Shown: positions 19,465-29,859 of the stretch, piece after piece
How positions within the stretch are numbered: the first letter of the stretch is position 1
How the letters are laid out: each line of letters begins with the position of its first letter
Assembly (NCBI GenBank): GCA_965205855.1
Contig: OZ242184.1
Coordinates: 1,312,001 to 1,376,000 of the forward strand
DNA: 64,000 bases
Direction of reading: 5' to 3'
Source of the DNA: Thermodesulfobacteriota bacterium
GTDB lineage: Bacteria > Desulfobacterota_D > UBA1144 > Nemesobacterales > Mycalebacteriaceae
Program-made: the position numbers and the translations under genes
Notes under the pieces: model-generated
What the model saw: the letters and a program-made list of their open reading frames with translations, nothing else
What the model was told of the DNA's origin: nothing
Databases searched by the model: none

Positions 19465-19860
19465 CTACGGAAGAAACCTATCGGAATGCTCCGGCGGCGG
19501 CAACCTGCATGAATCCAGATTTCCAAACCACCGGTAGCGGTTTGAGGCAATGCGGCGGTAAATTGAATCCCGTATAAATCCGGGGACATACATAAAAACT
19601 CCAAAAAGCGGCCAAGCCCCTCCGAGACCGGTGAGAATTTTTATTACCGCCGTGGAATCACGGCAGATTCCGTCTCTGTCCGAATAAAAAATGCTCCACT
19701 TGCGGAAATCATCCGGAAGCGGCGGCAACACTCCGGCCGCGGTCTCTCCCTGAACCGGAGAAAAAAGAAACTTTCGCTTGTGGTCTCTTTCCAGAATAAA
19801 ATCAACAAACCCGTTGCAAAAACCGCAAACGCCGTCAAAAAAAACCACACGCCTGTTCAC
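19465..19860 (-). CDS. DCC1-like thiol-disulfide oxidoreductase (DUF393)
   Basis: [22 protein letters not shown]. Confidence 0.9.
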   Translation of the reverse strand: MNRRVVFFDGVCGFCNGFVDFILERDHKRKFLFSPVQGETAAGVLPPLPDDFRKWSIFYSDRDGICRDSTAVIKILTGLGGAWPLFGVFMYVPGFIRDSIYRRIASNRYRWFGNLDSCRLPPPEHSDRFLP

Positions 19861-21116
19861 GAAAACACCGCAAGTAAAAGACCCGCGGCAACCGCCGAAC
19901 CGAGAACTCCGGCGACATTGGGACCCATCGCGTGCATAAGCAGAACATTCTGAGGGTCTTCCTTCGCACCAACCTCCTGAGAAACACGCGCTGCCATCGG
20001 AACCGCGGACACGCCCGCCGAACCGATAAGAGGGTTTATCTTGTTTACGGATAAGCGGTTGAGCAGTTTTGCCTGCAAAACTCCCGATGCGGTCGCCACG
20101 GCAAAAGCTATTACTCCGAGCAGAAGAATACCTATGGTTTCAAGTGTCAGAAACTCTTTGGCGGATAGTTTTGAGCCCACTCCGAGACCGAGAAAGATGG
20201 TAGTGATATTTATAAGCGAGTTTTGAGCGGTATCTGTAAGACGGTCCACAACACCGCACTCCTTCATCAGATTACCGAACATAAAAAACCCTATAAGCGG
20301 CGCGGCAGACGGAAGAAAAAGCGCGCACAGCACAACGGAGATAAGAGGAAACAGGATTTTTTCCGTTTTTCCCACAGGCCTAAGCTGCTTCATCCTGATC
20401 CTCCTTTCCTCTTTTGTTGTAAGGGCTTTCATTATTGGAGGCTGTATCAGGGGAACAAGCGCCATATAGGAATAGGCGGCGACGGAGATTGCTCCCAGAA
20501 GTCTGGGAGACAACTGGGATGAGACATATATTGCCGTCGGACCGTCCGCTCCGCCTATGATGCCTATGGACGCCGCATCCGCAAAAGAGAAATCTATTGC
20601 TTCAACAAAATGAGTGAGCGCGAGCGCCCCGATAAGGGTGGCAAATATGCCAAACTGCGCCGCGACTCCGAGAAGTATTGTTTTGGGATTGGCGATAAGG
20701 GGCCCGAAATCCGTAAGCGAGCCGACTCCCATGAAAATTATCAGCGGAAAAACACCCGTCTTTATGCCTATGTTGTAAACATAGTTAAGAACCCCTCCCG
20801 GCTCGTTTATGCCGGCAAGCGGTATGTTGGAAAGTATGCACCCGAAACCTATCGTAACAAGCAAAAGTGGCTCAAACCCTTTTTTTATTCCCAGATAGAG
20901 AAGCAGAAAACCCACGGAAACCATCATGAGCTGTCCGGGGCCCTCAACCCATGAGTCGCCGTATGTGAAAAAACCGTTTACACCGGTCTCCTCGGCAAGG
21001 TTGAGCAAAATTCGGCCAAGCGAAGGAAGATCATTGTCGCCGCCACCCACGGCAAAAGCCGGAAGCGCGCAAGCCACAAGAACAAACACGGCGAAAAAGA
21101 AAGATATTTTTTTCAT
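19857..21116 (-). CDS. oadB: Na+-translocating decarboxylase beta subunit
   Basis: [44 protein letters not shown]. Confidence 0.95.
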   Translation of the reverse strand: MKKISFFFAVFVLVACALPAFAVGGGDNDLPSLGRILLNLAEETGVNGFFTYGDSWVEGPGQLMMVSVGFLLLYLGIKKGFEPLLLVTIGFGCILSNIPLAGINEPGGVLNYVYNIGIKTGVFPLIIFMGVGSLTDFGPLIANPKTILLGVAAQFGIFATLIGALALTHFVEAIDFSFADAASIGIIGGADGPTAIYVSSQLSPRLLGAISVAAYSYMALVPLIQPPIMKALTTKEERRIRMKQLRPVGKTEKILFPLISVVLCALFLPSAAPLIGFFMFGNLMKECGVVDRLTDTAQNSLINITTIFLGLGVGSKLSAKEFLTLETIGILLLGVIAFAVATASGVLQAKLLNRLSVNKINPLIGSAGVSAVPMAARVSQEVGAKEDPQNVLLMHAMGPNVAGVLGSAVAAGLLLAVFS

Positions 21117-21132
21117 GCCAAACAAGTTTTCG

Positions 21133-22971
21133 TCAGTCCGAGTTGATTGTGAGCAGAATCTGCCCCGTTTCAACAACATCCCCGACATTGACATCTATTG
21201 ACGCCACCACACCGGAACACGGAGACGCGGCCGGGGTCTGCATTTTCATTGCCTCAAGCAGTATCAGAGGCTGGTTTTCCTCAACTTTGTCCCCAACCGA
21301 GACGGAAATTTTATAAACACTTCCGGGTACCGCGGACACAAGCTGCGTAACATCGCCCCCGGCTGAGGGAGAGGGAGTAGATTGCGCCGGAGATTTTCCG
21401 GCGGCGTCACCCTGCGTCCCTTCGCTGACACGCACGGCGTAGTCCCTGCCGTCAACGGTAATGGCGAAAGTATCATCTTTTCCGCGTATGCGCACGGCGT
21501 AGTCCTTGTTGTCAACGGAAACGGTGAAGGCATCGGGGGTCTTGCCCGAAGAATCCGCGCCGCTTTTTCCGGTGGTTTCTTTCCTGACATTCACGGAAAA
21601 ATCGCCTTTAAGAAACTCAAGCCCCTTGTTTCCTCCGGCGGTCTCAAGAGCGCCCACTATAAAGATGTTTTCTTCGGTTACGGGCAAACCCTCCCTTTCA
21701 AGTATCACCTTTGCAGCCGGAATCCCCGGCTCAATTATCTCAAGAGGGTCACCTTCAAAGCGGGATTTTCCCATCTGCTCTTCGGCTATTTTTACAACCT
21801 CCGGGTCCGGCGGGACGGGCGTACGCCCAAAGTAACCCAGAACCATATTGCCGTACCCGTCCGTTATTTTTTTCCACTTTCCCTGTGTTACATTGGCAAA
21901 AGCCTGCTGAAAATAGAATTGCGAAACCGGCGTTACCGAAGTTCCAAAGCCTCCCTTGGCAACACACTCGGACATCTCCTCTATCACTTTCGGATAAAGG
22001 GCGAGCGTGTTGGTGTCGCGCATCATCATCGTATTTGCCGTGAGCGCACCGCCGGGCATCGGTGAAAGCAGAACCTCGGAGGAAATTCCGAGCGCTTCGG
22101 GAGGAAAATAGTAGTCCGCCATACACTCCTTGAAAACCGCGTTCGCCTCAAGAATCTTCTGTAAATCCACATCAAGGGTGAAATCGGTTCCCTTGAGAGC
22201 GCCGCACATGGAGATAATGTCCGGCTGGGATGTTCCTCCGGAAACGGGAGCTCTCGCGACGCATATCCCGTCGCAGCCGGCTTCTATCGCCGCGGTGTAC
22301 TGGGCGATTCCCTGAGACGCCGTTTCATGGGTGTGAACCCAGATGACAGTGTCATCGCCGACAATTTTTCTCGCCTCTCTGACCGTGTCGTAAACTTTGC
22401 GGGGATTTGATGTTCCCGAAGCGTCCTTGAAACAGATGGAGTCAAACGGGAGCCCGGAGTCAAGTATTTCCCGGACTTTGGAAACATAAAACTCCGATTC
22501 ATGCGCGCCTTCGCATCCCGGAGGAAGCTCCATCATCGTAACAACAACCTGATGGTGAATACCGGCGTTTTTTATGCATTGAGCCGAATACTCAAGGTTT
22601 CTCACATCGTTGAGGGCATCAAAATTCCTTATATGCGTTATACCGTGCTTTTTGAACATACGGGCGTGAAGGTCAATCATGTCCCTGGGTTGCGCGGAAA
22701 GAGCGACAACATTGATGCCCCTTGCAAGAGTCTGAAGATTGACATTCGGACCGACCGCGTTTCTGAAACTGTCCATCATATCAAAGGCGGACTCCCCGCA
22801 ATAGAGGAAAAGACTCTGAAATCTCGCGCCACCGCCCGCTTCAAAATGGGTTATTCCCGCGCCGCTCGCGGCTTCAACAGCCGGAATGAAATCTTCGGTT
22901 AACACGCGCGCGCCGAAGAACGATTGAAATCCGTCCCTGAAAGATGTGTCCTGAAAAAGTATTTTCTTCAT
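21133..22971 (-). CDS. oadA: Oxaloacetate decarboxylase alpha / carboxyltransferase with biotin carrier domain
   Basis: [30 protein letters not shown] biotinyl motif. Confidence 0.9.
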   Translation of the reverse strand: MKKILFQDTSFRDGFQSFFGARVLTEDFIPAVEAASGAGITHFEAGGGARFQSLFLYCGESAFDMMDSFRNAVGPNVNLQTLARGINVVALSAQPRDMIDLHARMFKKHGITHIRNFDALNDVRNLEYSAQCIKNAGIHHQVVVTMMELPPGCEGAHESEFYVSKVREILDSGLPFDSICFKDASGTSNPRKVYDTVREARKIVGDDTVIWVHTHETASQGIAQYTAAIEAGCDGICVARAPVSGGTSQPDIISMCGALKGTDFTLDVDLQKILEANAVFKECMADYYFPPEALGISSEVLLSPMPGGALTANTMMMRDTNTLALYPKVIEEMSECVAKGGFGTSVTPVSQFYFQQAFANVTQGKWKKITDGYGNMVLGYFGRTPVPPDPEVVKIAEEQMGKSRFEGDPLEIIEPGIPAAKVILEREGLPVTEENIFIVGALETAGGNKGLEFLKGDFSVNVRKETTGKSGADSSGKTPDAFTVSVDNKDYAVRIRGKDDTFAITVDGRDYAVRVSEGTQGDAAGKSPAQSTPSPSAGGDVTQLVSAVPGSVYKISVSVGDKVEENQPLILLEAMKMQTPAASPCSGVVASIDVNVGDVVETGQILLTINSD

Positions 22972-22987
22972 ATCGTAAAAACAGACC

Positions 22988-23227
22988 TCACACTCTTTTT
23001 GATTTGTATACCGAAACCGCTGCGGATACAACGGCGACAACCCTGCCGCTGTCCTCATAGTCCGGACTTGCGCCCGAAGACGGATTTTGAGTTGCCGGCA
23101 TCGCGGACGACTCGGACGCCGTGTCGAAAAAATAGGCGGAGACTTTTATCAGAACCAGAAGCAATGTGAGGAAAACATAGACAACAAACATCCCCGCAAG
23201 CATAAGTTTTAAGCCCTCAAACAGCAT
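22988..23227 (-). CDS. oadG: Decarboxylase gamma subunit
   Basis: GLKLMLAGM-VV-VFL TM helix, C-terminal VAVVSAAV; directly upstream of oadA. Confidence 0.88.
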   Translation of the reverse strand: MLFEGLKLMLAGMFVVYVFLTLLLVLIKVSAYFFDTASESSAMPATQNPSSGASPDYEDSGRVVAVVSAAVSVYKSKRV

Positions 23228-23294
23228 AGGTAACGGTTGGCTGACAAGCTTGTACAGCTGTGTTATTTAACAGGAAGCGGGCTTTGTTGTCAAC

Positions 23295-23322
23295 TTGACC
23301 GAAACGCTATTTGTGGTACTTT
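23295..23322 (+). promoter_or_regulatory. Putative sigma70 promoter for the rpmH operon
   Basis: TTGACC-N16-TACTTT with TG extended element. Confidence 0.5.
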
Positions 23323-23336
23323 TACGCTTATCTGTT

Positions 23337-23486
23337 ATGAAAAGAACTTTTCAACCGCACAGAAAAAAGGCAATAAAAACCCACGGATTCCGCGCAAGGA
23401 TGGCGACCGTGGGCGGACGTCGCACTTTAAAGAGACGGGTGCAGAAGGGCAGACATGTTTTGACCTTACAGTTCCGGTCAAAATGA
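23337..23486 (+). CDS. rpmH: 50S ribosomal protein L34
   Basis: MKRTFQP...THGFRARM...RR-KGR. Confidence 0.97.
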   Translation: MKRTFQPHRKKAIKTHGFRARMATVGGRRTLKRRVQKGRHVLTLQFRSK

Positions 23487-23833
23487 GCATAAACCACGGT
23501 GCGAAGCTTCGGAAAAGAGAAAAATTGATGGAAAAAGCCGAGTATGTGCGAGTCCTGAAAAAAGGAAATAGGGTTTCTTCCGCAAATTTCACCCTCGCGG
23601 TGCTGGAAAACGGCCTGGTTTTTCCGCGTATCGGTCATGTTGTGGCAAAAAAAACGGTTTCGCACGCGGTTTCGCGCAATAAAATCAAACGTTACTTCAG
23701 GGAAGTGTTCAGACTCAACAAACGGGAATTCGGCGAAAAAGACTTTATTTTCATAGCGAAAAGCGATGTGTCAAACCTCTCTCTGAAAACTTTCGGCGGG
23801 GAAATACTGCGCCTGATAAACGGGGAGAAATGA
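23483..23833 (+). CDS. rnpA: RNase P protein component
   Basis: [17 protein letters not shown]; ATGA overlap with rpmH. Confidence 0.93.
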   Translation: MSINHGAKLRKREKLMEKAEYVRVLKKGNRVSSANFTLAVLENGLVFPRIGHVVAKKTVSHAVSRNKIKRYFREVFRLNKREFGEKDFIFIAKSDVSNLSLKTFGGEILRLINGEK

Positions 23834-23834
23834 A

Positions 23835-24092
23835 ATGGCTACCCGCGCGGTTACCGTTCTGGCGGTTTTTCTCATAAAACTGTACAGAATTTCAATCTCG
23901 CCTCTTCTGGGCCCTCGGTGTCGTTTCCATCCGACATGCTCGTCCTATTCTCTTGAAGCGATAAAACTGCGCGGTCTGAGAAACGGAGGGATGATGGCTC
24001 TGCGCAGAATCGCCAAATGTCATCCTCTCAACCCCGGTGGCTACGACCCGGTAAGCGGACACGGAGCGGGAAAAAACCCCGAAAACAGATAG
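23835..24092 (+). CDS. yidD: Membrane protein insertion efficiency factor
   Basis: [24 protein letters not shown]. Confidence 0.96.
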   Translation: MATRAVTVLAVFLIKLYRISISPLLGPRCRFHPTCSSYSLEAIKLRGLRNGGMMALRRIAKCHPLNPGGYDPVSGHGAGKNPENR

Positions 24093-24096
24093 CACA

Positions 24097-25740
24097 ATGC
24101 AGGATGAAAAACTCACTTCCAATTACATAATTTTTGTCGTCCTCGCTCTGGTGGTTATTTTCGGATACGCAAAGCTGTTCCCCGGCCCCGTGAACGAAAC
24201 GGACGGCGCTTCCGAACCTAAGACGGCCGAGTCCGTGCCGGAAAAAAACAAAACCGTAAAATCTGCCACGCCAGTCGCACAAACCAAAAACCTGTGGAAC
24301 AACTCGCAAAACGGAAAAATAATAGAGATTCAAACCCCGCTGTACATCGCGCATCTTGACACCGCGGGTGGAAAAATAAAAAAATGGATACTCAAAAACT
24401 ACTCGGAAGACACCGGCAGAGAAGACAACCTGAACCTTGTGGATGCCTCGTCAAGCGCTCCCGAAGTGGTTTTATCTTTTGAAAAAGCAACCATTCCAAA
24501 TGTAATTCCCTTTGAATACAAGGGAGAAAAGGTTGTTGTCGTGGAAGGAATAGCGCGGGAGATAGCGCTTTCATATGAGAAAAACGGCGTAAAAGTCGTA
24601 AAAAAACTGTCTTTTGCTCCAGACACATACCTGATTGGCGGCAAGTATGAGATACAAAACGACTCTTCCGAAACAGTAGAATACGCCGAGCATTTCCTCC
24701 AATACGGAAAAATAGAGGAGGAAAAATACGGACCCAGCGATGCCCTTGTTGTTTCAATCAGCGGAGATAGAAAACAGTTTAACGCTCCGGGAGATGTGGA
24801 GGAACCTCTTTCCGGTAGCGTGGACTGGTTGGGGTTTTCAAGGAAATACTTTCTGCTCGCGGTTCTGCCACAATCCGGCGAAAAGACCGATATTTATGCC
24901 TCAAACAAAGACGACCGCGGCGTGGACACGCGCTTCTCATACGGAAGATTCTCCGTCCCTTCGGGCACGACCTCTTCGCGCAGATGGAAGTCATATATCG
25001 GACCCAAAAAGGAGGATATGTTAAAGGCCTCCGGCTACGGGCTTGAGAACTCCATCGATTACGGATGGCTTGGAACGCTTTCAAAACTCGCTGTAAGGGT
25101 GCTCAAATACACAAACCAGACTTTCAACAATTACGGAGTTTCAATAATTGTCATAACGATTGTGTTCAGGCTGCTGTTTCTTCCCCTTTCCATAAAAGGA
25201 ATGCGCTCAATGAAAAAAATGCAGAAGAAAATGGAATCCGTAAAACCGAAACTCGATTTGTTGAAGGAAAAATTCAAAGATGACAAACAACGCCTTAACG
25301 ACGAGACAATGAAACTCTACACAAGCCACGGAATCAACCCGCTCAGCAGCCTTGGCGGATGCCTGCCGATGCTCGCCCAGATTCCCGTGTTCATAGCGCT
25401 TTACTACGGACTGCTCTATTCAATAGAGTTGCGCCACAGTTCTTTTCTGTGGATAGACGATCTGTCTGCGCCCGAAGTTCTTTTCAACATACCCTGGACG
25501 TCGGCGCCTTTCAGAATTCTGCCCCTCGCCATGGGGATTTCATGGTGGCTTTCAACAAAACTCACCCCAATGACTGCGGGCGGCGACATGGCTTCAATGC
25601 AGGCGAAAATAATGCAGTTTATGCCCGTTGTATTCACTTTTGTCATGTGGGATTTTCCGTCCGGGCTTGTGCTTTACTGGACGGCAAGCAATGTGCTGAG
25701 CGTCGGGCAGCAGTTATATATAAACAGGAGCACCGCCTGA
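24097..25740 (+). CDS. yidC: Membrane protein insertase
   Basis: YIGPK, DYGW, GCLPMLAQIPVF, FLWIDDLS, PSGLVLYW. Confidence 0.97.
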   Translation: MQDEKLTSNYIIFVVLALVVIFGYAKLFPGPVNETDGASEPKTAESVPEKNKTVKSATPVAQTKNLWNNSQNGKIIEIQTPLYIAHLDTAGGKIKKWILKNYSEDTGREDNLNLVDASSSAPEVVLSFEKATIPNVIPFEYKGEKVVVVEGIAREIALSYEKNGVKVVKKLSFAPDTYLIGGKYEIQNDSSETVEYAEHFLQYGKIEEEKYGPSDALVVSISGDRKQFNAPGDVEEPLSGSVDWLGFSRKYFLLAVLPQSGEKTDIYASNKDDRGVDTRFSYGRFSVPSGTTSSRRWKSYIGPKKEDMLKASGYGLENSIDYGWLGTLSKLAVRVLKYTNQTFNNYGVSIIVITIVFRLLFLPLSIKGMRSMKKMQKKMESVKPKLDLLKEKFKDDKQRLNDETMKLYTSHGINPLSSLGGCLPMLAQIPVFIALYYGLLYSIELRHSSFLWIDDLSAPEVLFNIPWTSAPFRILPLAMGISWWLSTKLTPMTAGGDMASMQAKIMQFMPVVFTFVMWDFPSGLVLYWTASNVLSVGQQLYINRSTA

Positions 25741-25778
25741 GGCGGAAACAAAAAACCGGATAGTCGGAGGAAATAAAA

Positions 25779-26471
25779 ATGCGAACAATTGAAAAAGAAG
25801 CGGACACGACGGAAGAAGCTTTTGAGAAAGCCCTTCTGGAACTCGGAGCCCGCAGAGACGAAGTTGAAATGGAAGTTTTACAGGAAGCTTCAAGGGGAAT
25901 TTTCGGAATCGGCAGCAGAAAAGCGAAGGTCAAAATCACCTTAAAAAGCGGGGTCAGCGCGCCGTCTGCGGCGAGCCGTTCTTCCGAAGGGATGCTTGAG
26001 GAAGCTGGCAAAGCAACCGGGAAAATTCTGGATATGATGGGAATTGAGCATTCCATGAAAACCTTGGAAACCGATTCTGCTGTGCAAGTGGATTTGAAAG
26101 TTGAAGAGTCTCAGGGCTTGCTCATAGGAAAATACGGGGAAACGCTGAGAAATCTCGAATATGTGGTATCCAGGATAGTTTCGGTAAAGACGGGACAGCA
26201 GTCGGGACAAGGGAAAAGGGTCTCAATAGATATAAACGACTACAAGAGAGAAAGAGAGAAAGAGATTGAGAGAAAAGCCGTGGAAGCCGCGAAAAAGGTC
26301 GTGGGGTCGGGAAGGCCGTTCACCTTCCACAGGATGCAAGCTTACGAGAGAAAGGTTGTCTATACGGCGGTCAGGAACATGAAAGGAATAAAGTTTGAGA
26401 CAAAAGAGGACGGTAACGCGAAAAAGATCACATTCCTGCCGGTCGGTGAAGGAAAAGACAACCGGAAGTAG
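25779..26471 (+). CDS. jag: Jag/KhpB RNA-binding protein (Jag_N, KH, R3H-like)
   Basis: GIFGIG, LIGKYGETL; position after yidC. Confidence 0.92.
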   Translation: MRTIEKEADTTEEAFEKALLELGARRDEVEMEVLQEASRGIFGIGSRKAKVKITLKSGVSAPSAASRSSEGMLEEAGKATGKILDMMGIEHSMKTLETDSAVQVDLKVEESQGLLIGKYGETLRNLEYVVSRIVSVKTGQQSGQGKRVSIDINDYKREREKEIERKAVEAAKKVVGSGRPFTFHRMQAYERKVVYTAVRNMKGIKFETKEDGNAKKITFLPVGEGKDNRK

Positions 26472-26476
26472 CAGTT

Positions 26477-27220
26477 TTGAAACGCGAGGCGGAAATCTTC
26501 GTTGAAATTGTATCCTCGTCCCGCGGAGGTGCGGCACTTACAGGCGCGGGCATAAGCACGGAATCCGGAATCCCGGACTACAGATCTCCCGAAAAGGGAC
26601 TTTGGGAAAAGATGGACCAGTCGGTTGTATCGTTGGACGGGTTTATGAAAGATCCCGCCGCCTATTATTCATACGCTCTGGAACTCCATCCCGTGCGCAG
26701 TGCGGCAAAGCCGAACGCCGGACATTTTCTTTTTTACGAACTTGAGAACCGAGAAATGATTGGCGGAGTAATAACTCAGAATGTGGACGGGCTTCACTTT
26801 GAGGCGGGTTCTAAAACCGTGCATGAACTTCACGGCTCTATAAGGGAAACCGTCTGTCTTGAGTGCGGCGGGTTTGTGCCGATGGACGATGTTATGCGAA
26901 GAGTTGCCGGAGGCGAAGTCGCTCCTTTGTGTGAATGCGGCGGGGTTTTGAAGCCCAACGCGGTGTTCTTCGGCGAGCCGCTGCCCCGTGAGCCGTGGAA
27001 CAATGCGGTGAAACTTACCGAAAATTCCGATTTGCTCATAGTAGCTGGATCATCGCTTCAGGTAACACCGGCAAGCACAATACCCCAAATCGCTCTCAGG
27101 AAAGGAGCAAAACTGATTATTCTGAATCTTATGGAAACACCCTACGACGATGAAGCCGACCTTGTGGTGAGGGAGAAAATCGGAGAATTCGCACAGAAAG
27201 TGGTCAATATACTTATTTAG
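26477..27220 (+). CDS. cobB: NAD-dependent protein deacylase (sirtuin)
   Basis: TGAGISTESGIPDYR, TQNVDGLH, ELHG, Cys pairs, GSSLQV. Confidence 0.95.
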   Translation: MKREAEIFVEIVSSSRGGAALTGAGISTESGIPDYRSPEKGLWEKMDQSVVSLDGFMKDPAAYYSYALELHPVRSAAKPNAGHFLFYELENREMIGGVITQNVDGLHFEAGSKTVHELHGSIRETVCLECGGFVPMDDVMRRVAGGEVAPLCECGGVLKPNAVFFGEPLPREPWNNAVKLTENSDLLIVAGSSLQVTPASTIPQIALRKGAKLIILNLMETPYDDEADLVVREKIGEFAQKVVNILI

Positions 27221-27278
27221 CATATTGCCGCCCTGCTCCACAAAACTCCGTATCCACACGACTACGAATGTCATGCAA

Positions 27279-27310
27279 AAAAAAGAGGAGACAACCGCCT
27301 CCTCTTTTTT
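27279..27310. terminator. Bidirectional intrinsic terminator
   Basis: AAAAAAGAGGAG-acaaccgc-CTCCTCTTTTTT between convergent genes. Confidence 0.85.
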
Positions 27311-27334
27311 AACTGAAACCTGAGAAACTCGGGC

Positions 27335-27784
27335 TTACTTCCCGCCTTCCTTTCTTTGCACAAGAATCACCCATTTGCCCTTCTGGACAACATCGCCATC
27401 CTGATTTACAACATCAAGTTCCCAAATCAAAAAGCCCATGTTGGGTCTTTTGTGCTCGCGTTTTTCGGCAAGGCGGCGTTTTATTTTGATTGTGTCGCCG
27501 AACTTGACCGCGCCGGAAAAGCGCCAGTCCTCAAGCCCCATAAACGCTATTGTGGCGAGTCTGGGCATTGTGAACCAAAGCCCGGATGAGATTGAAAGAA
27601 CACACAAGCCGTGCGCGACACGGGTTTTGAAAACGGTGTTTTTCGCAAACTCCTCGTCTATGTGCATATTGTTGAAATCGGCGGAAAGGCCCGCAAAATT
27701 CATAACATCGGCTTCCGTAACCGTTCTTCCGGTGCTTTCATGCTCTTCACCGACTTCTATGTCTTCATAAAAGATCTTTGACAT
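27335..27784 (-). CDS. MaoC-family (R)-hydratase, hot-dog fold
   Basis: RTVTEAD, FAGLSADFNNMHID, VAHG. Confidence 0.9.
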   Translation of the reverse strand: MSKIFYEDIEVGEEHESTGRTVTEADVMNFAGLSADFNNMHIDEEFAKNTVFKTRVAHGLCVLSISSGLWFTMPRLATIAFMGLEDWRFSGAVKFGDTIKIKRRLAEKREHKRPNMGFLIWELDVVNQDGDVVQKGKWVILVQRKEGGK

Positions 27785-27804
27785 GACGTTTATACCTCCT
27801 GTGT

Positions 27805-28227
27805 TTATCCGGAAACCGGGCGAAACTTCGGAAGGGTTACCTCATCGGTAACATCGTCAAAAACAACCTCAACTTCCATCCCGATTTTGACATCGTTAAC
27901 ATCGCACTCAACAACGTTGGACATCATCTTCACTCCCTCGTCCAGCTCTATGAGCGCGACAACATAAGCGCCGTCCTCTTTGTATGCTTTTGTGGGTCCC
28001 ATGTGGTGAATGGAAAATGTCCACACCTTTCCTCTTCCCGGAGATTTCACCCACTCAATGTCGGCGCTCATATCATCCCCCGGGGAGAACGCCCGCGGGT
28101 AAAAGAAAAACTCCCCGCTCTGCTTTGATTTAGGAAGCATAAGCGCGTGCTTTCTGCATCCATCCCAGTAGGGTTTTGTTTCCGGACGAAACTCTGGAAG
28201 CGGTTTTGCATATTTGTTTTCAGACAT
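27805..28227 (-). CDS. DUF35 (rubredoxin-like plus OB-fold) thiolase partner
   Basis: PYW, YPR, G-GKVWTF, YVVALIELDEG, IGMEVEVVF, LPKFRP. Confidence 0.9.
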   Translation of the reverse strand: MSENKYAKPLPEFRPETKPYWDGCRKHALMLPKSKQSGEFFFYPRAFSPGDDMSADIEWVKSPGRGKVWTFSIHHMGPTKAYKEDGAYVVALIELDEGVKMMSNVVECDVNDVKIGMEVEVVFDDVTDEVTLPKFRPVSG

Positions 28228-28263
28228 TTTTCAAATTCCTCCTGATTAGTAAAAACACCCCTG

Positions 28264-29472
28264 TCAGTTGAGCGGCTGATTGCCCAAAAGTATGGTGCTG
28301 TGAGCGGAAACAATACCGCCGTTGCCGTGAACAAGCGCGACTTCCGCGCCGTCAATCTGCCTCTTGCCCGCCGCGCCGCGAAGTTGAAGGGTCGCCTCAA
28401 CAACATGGTGCATCGCGCCGAGGTGTGCCTGAGAGAGAAGACCCCCGTGCGTGTTGACCGGCAGGTCTTTTCCTTTTTCCATTCTGCCTTCAAGTGCAAA
28501 AGGCCCGCCCTCTCCGGGTTTGACAAATCCGAGACCTTCAAGTTCAAGAAGAACCGTTATCGTAAAGCAGTCGTAAAGAAAGGCGACATCAACATCACCG
28601 GTGCCTACCCCCGCCGTGCCGAACGCTTTGTCGCCGGAAGTTTTGACCGCATTGTATATCTGGCCGAGGTCGTGAAGCGTGGTCAGATACTGGTGAGAAT
28701 ACCCCTGTCCCATTCCCCACATATAGGCGAGTTTGTTCTGTATGCCGAGCTCCTTCGCCTTGTCTTCGGTGGTAACGATAAAAGCGCAACCGCCGTCCGA
28801 GATAATTGAGCAATCATACTTTGTCAGCGGCTCCGCTATGACGCGCGACTCAAGAACGTCCTCAATGGAAAGGGGCTCTTTGTTCATGGCGTTTTCCTTG
28901 TCCGCCGCGTGTTTTCTCATTGTTGTGGCAACCGCCGCGAGATGCTCCCTGCTGTTGCCGTATTCGTGCAGATACCTCTGTGCCGCAAGCGCGTATCCGC
29001 CCGGTGTCGTAAGCCCGTATGGAAACTCAAACTCCGCGTGGCACATCTCTCTTACAAGAGCGAGCATTCCCGAAGACGATATTCCCGAAAGGGTGTTGTC
29101 TCCCCTTACGCACAGGACAACCTCCGCCTGACCCGAAGCGATTGCCATTGCCGCCTCCGCAGCCATCCAGACGGCAGTTGAGCCGCCAACGGCTATTGAA
29201 GAAAAGAATTTCGGGTTCATGCCGAAGTAGTCGGCAAAAGTGGTGCAATGCATAAAGGTCTGTTCCACAAGCGAAAACGCCGTTACAAGACCGTCAACAT
29301 CATTTTTTTTAATTCCGGCGTCTTCTATTGCGAGTTTTGACGCCTCCGAGAGAAAATGGAATGAACTTTTGTCGGGAATTTTTCCCTGTTCCGTCTCGCC
29401 GACTCCAGCGATGACAATTTTGTGTTTTTTAAGAACCTCACGGGCTTCTTTCATACCGAGTTCCGCACTCAT
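28264..29472 (-). CDS. SCP2/Ltp2-type thiolase-family protein
   Basis: IAGVGET, DCSIISDGG, LYDCFT, VNTHGGLLS; GGGGAG SD before ATG 29472. Confidence 0.9.
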   Translation of the reverse strand: MSAELGMKEAREVLKKHKIVIAGVGETEQGKIPDKSSFHFLSEASKLAIEDAGIKKNDVDGLVTAFSLVEQTFMHCTTFADYFGMNPKFFSSIAVGGSTAVWMAAEAAMAIASGQAEVVLCVRGDNTLSGISSSGMLALVREMCHAEFEFPYGLTTPGGYALAAQRYLHEYGNSREHLAAVATTMRKHAADKENAMNKEPLSIEDVLESRVIAEPLTKYDCSIISDGGCAFIVTTEDKAKELGIQNKLAYMWGMGQGYSHQYLTTLHDLGQIYNAVKTSGDKAFGTAGVGTGDVDVAFLYDCFTITVLLELEGLGFVKPGEGGPFALEGRMEKGKDLPVNTHGGLLSQAHLGAMHHVVEATLQLRGAAGKRQIDGAEVALVHGNGGIVSAHSTILLGNQPLN

Positions 29473-29491
29473 AACTCTACTCCCCCTTGTT

Positions 29492-29537
29492 TTGAATAAG
29501 CAGTTTTTTATACTACAATGGACGCAATGAATGTCAA
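29492..29537. promoter_or_regulatory. Overlapping divergent sigma70-like promoters
   Basis: Plus strand TTGAAT-N16-TACAAT (29492-29519); minus strand TTGACA-N16-TAGTAT (29537-29510). Confidence 0.5.
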
Positions 29538-29558
29538 ACAAACGGGAGAACGCGCAAA

Positions 29559-29843
29559 ATGGCTGTTATGAACAGACTTGAAGTTCAAAAGCGGATAAAG
29601 AAACTGAGCGGCGAATGGAAAGCCGGCAAAACAAGCATTTACTCGAATTTCACTCTGGGTAACTTCTCCGAAGCCCTCGCCTTTGTAACCCGTGTGGGAA
29701 TTGAGGCGGAAAAGGCAAACCACCACCCGGACATCCTTATGCACGGCTGGAAGAAGGTTAAAATCACGCTTTCCACTCACAGCGAGGGCGGGGTTACAAA
29801 AAAAGACTTCGCGCTTGCGGAGAAAATATCAAAACTGTTGTGA
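29559..29843 (+). CDS. phhB: Pterin-4-alpha-carbinolamine dehydratase
   Basis: AEKANHHPDI, LSTHSEGGVT-KD. Confidence 0.93.
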   Translation: MAVMNRLEVQKRIKKLSGEWKAGKTSIYSNFTLGNFSEALAFVTRVGIEAEKANHHPDILMHGWKKVKITLSTHSEGGVTKKDFALAEKISKLL

Positions 29844-29859
29844 CAGAGGGCAAATAAAG

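Noticed and set aside
26477-27220. Sirtuin as a Thoeris/DSR-type defence effector
   Set aside because: Has the Zn-binding module and motifs of housekeeping CobB, host-like composition and core operon context
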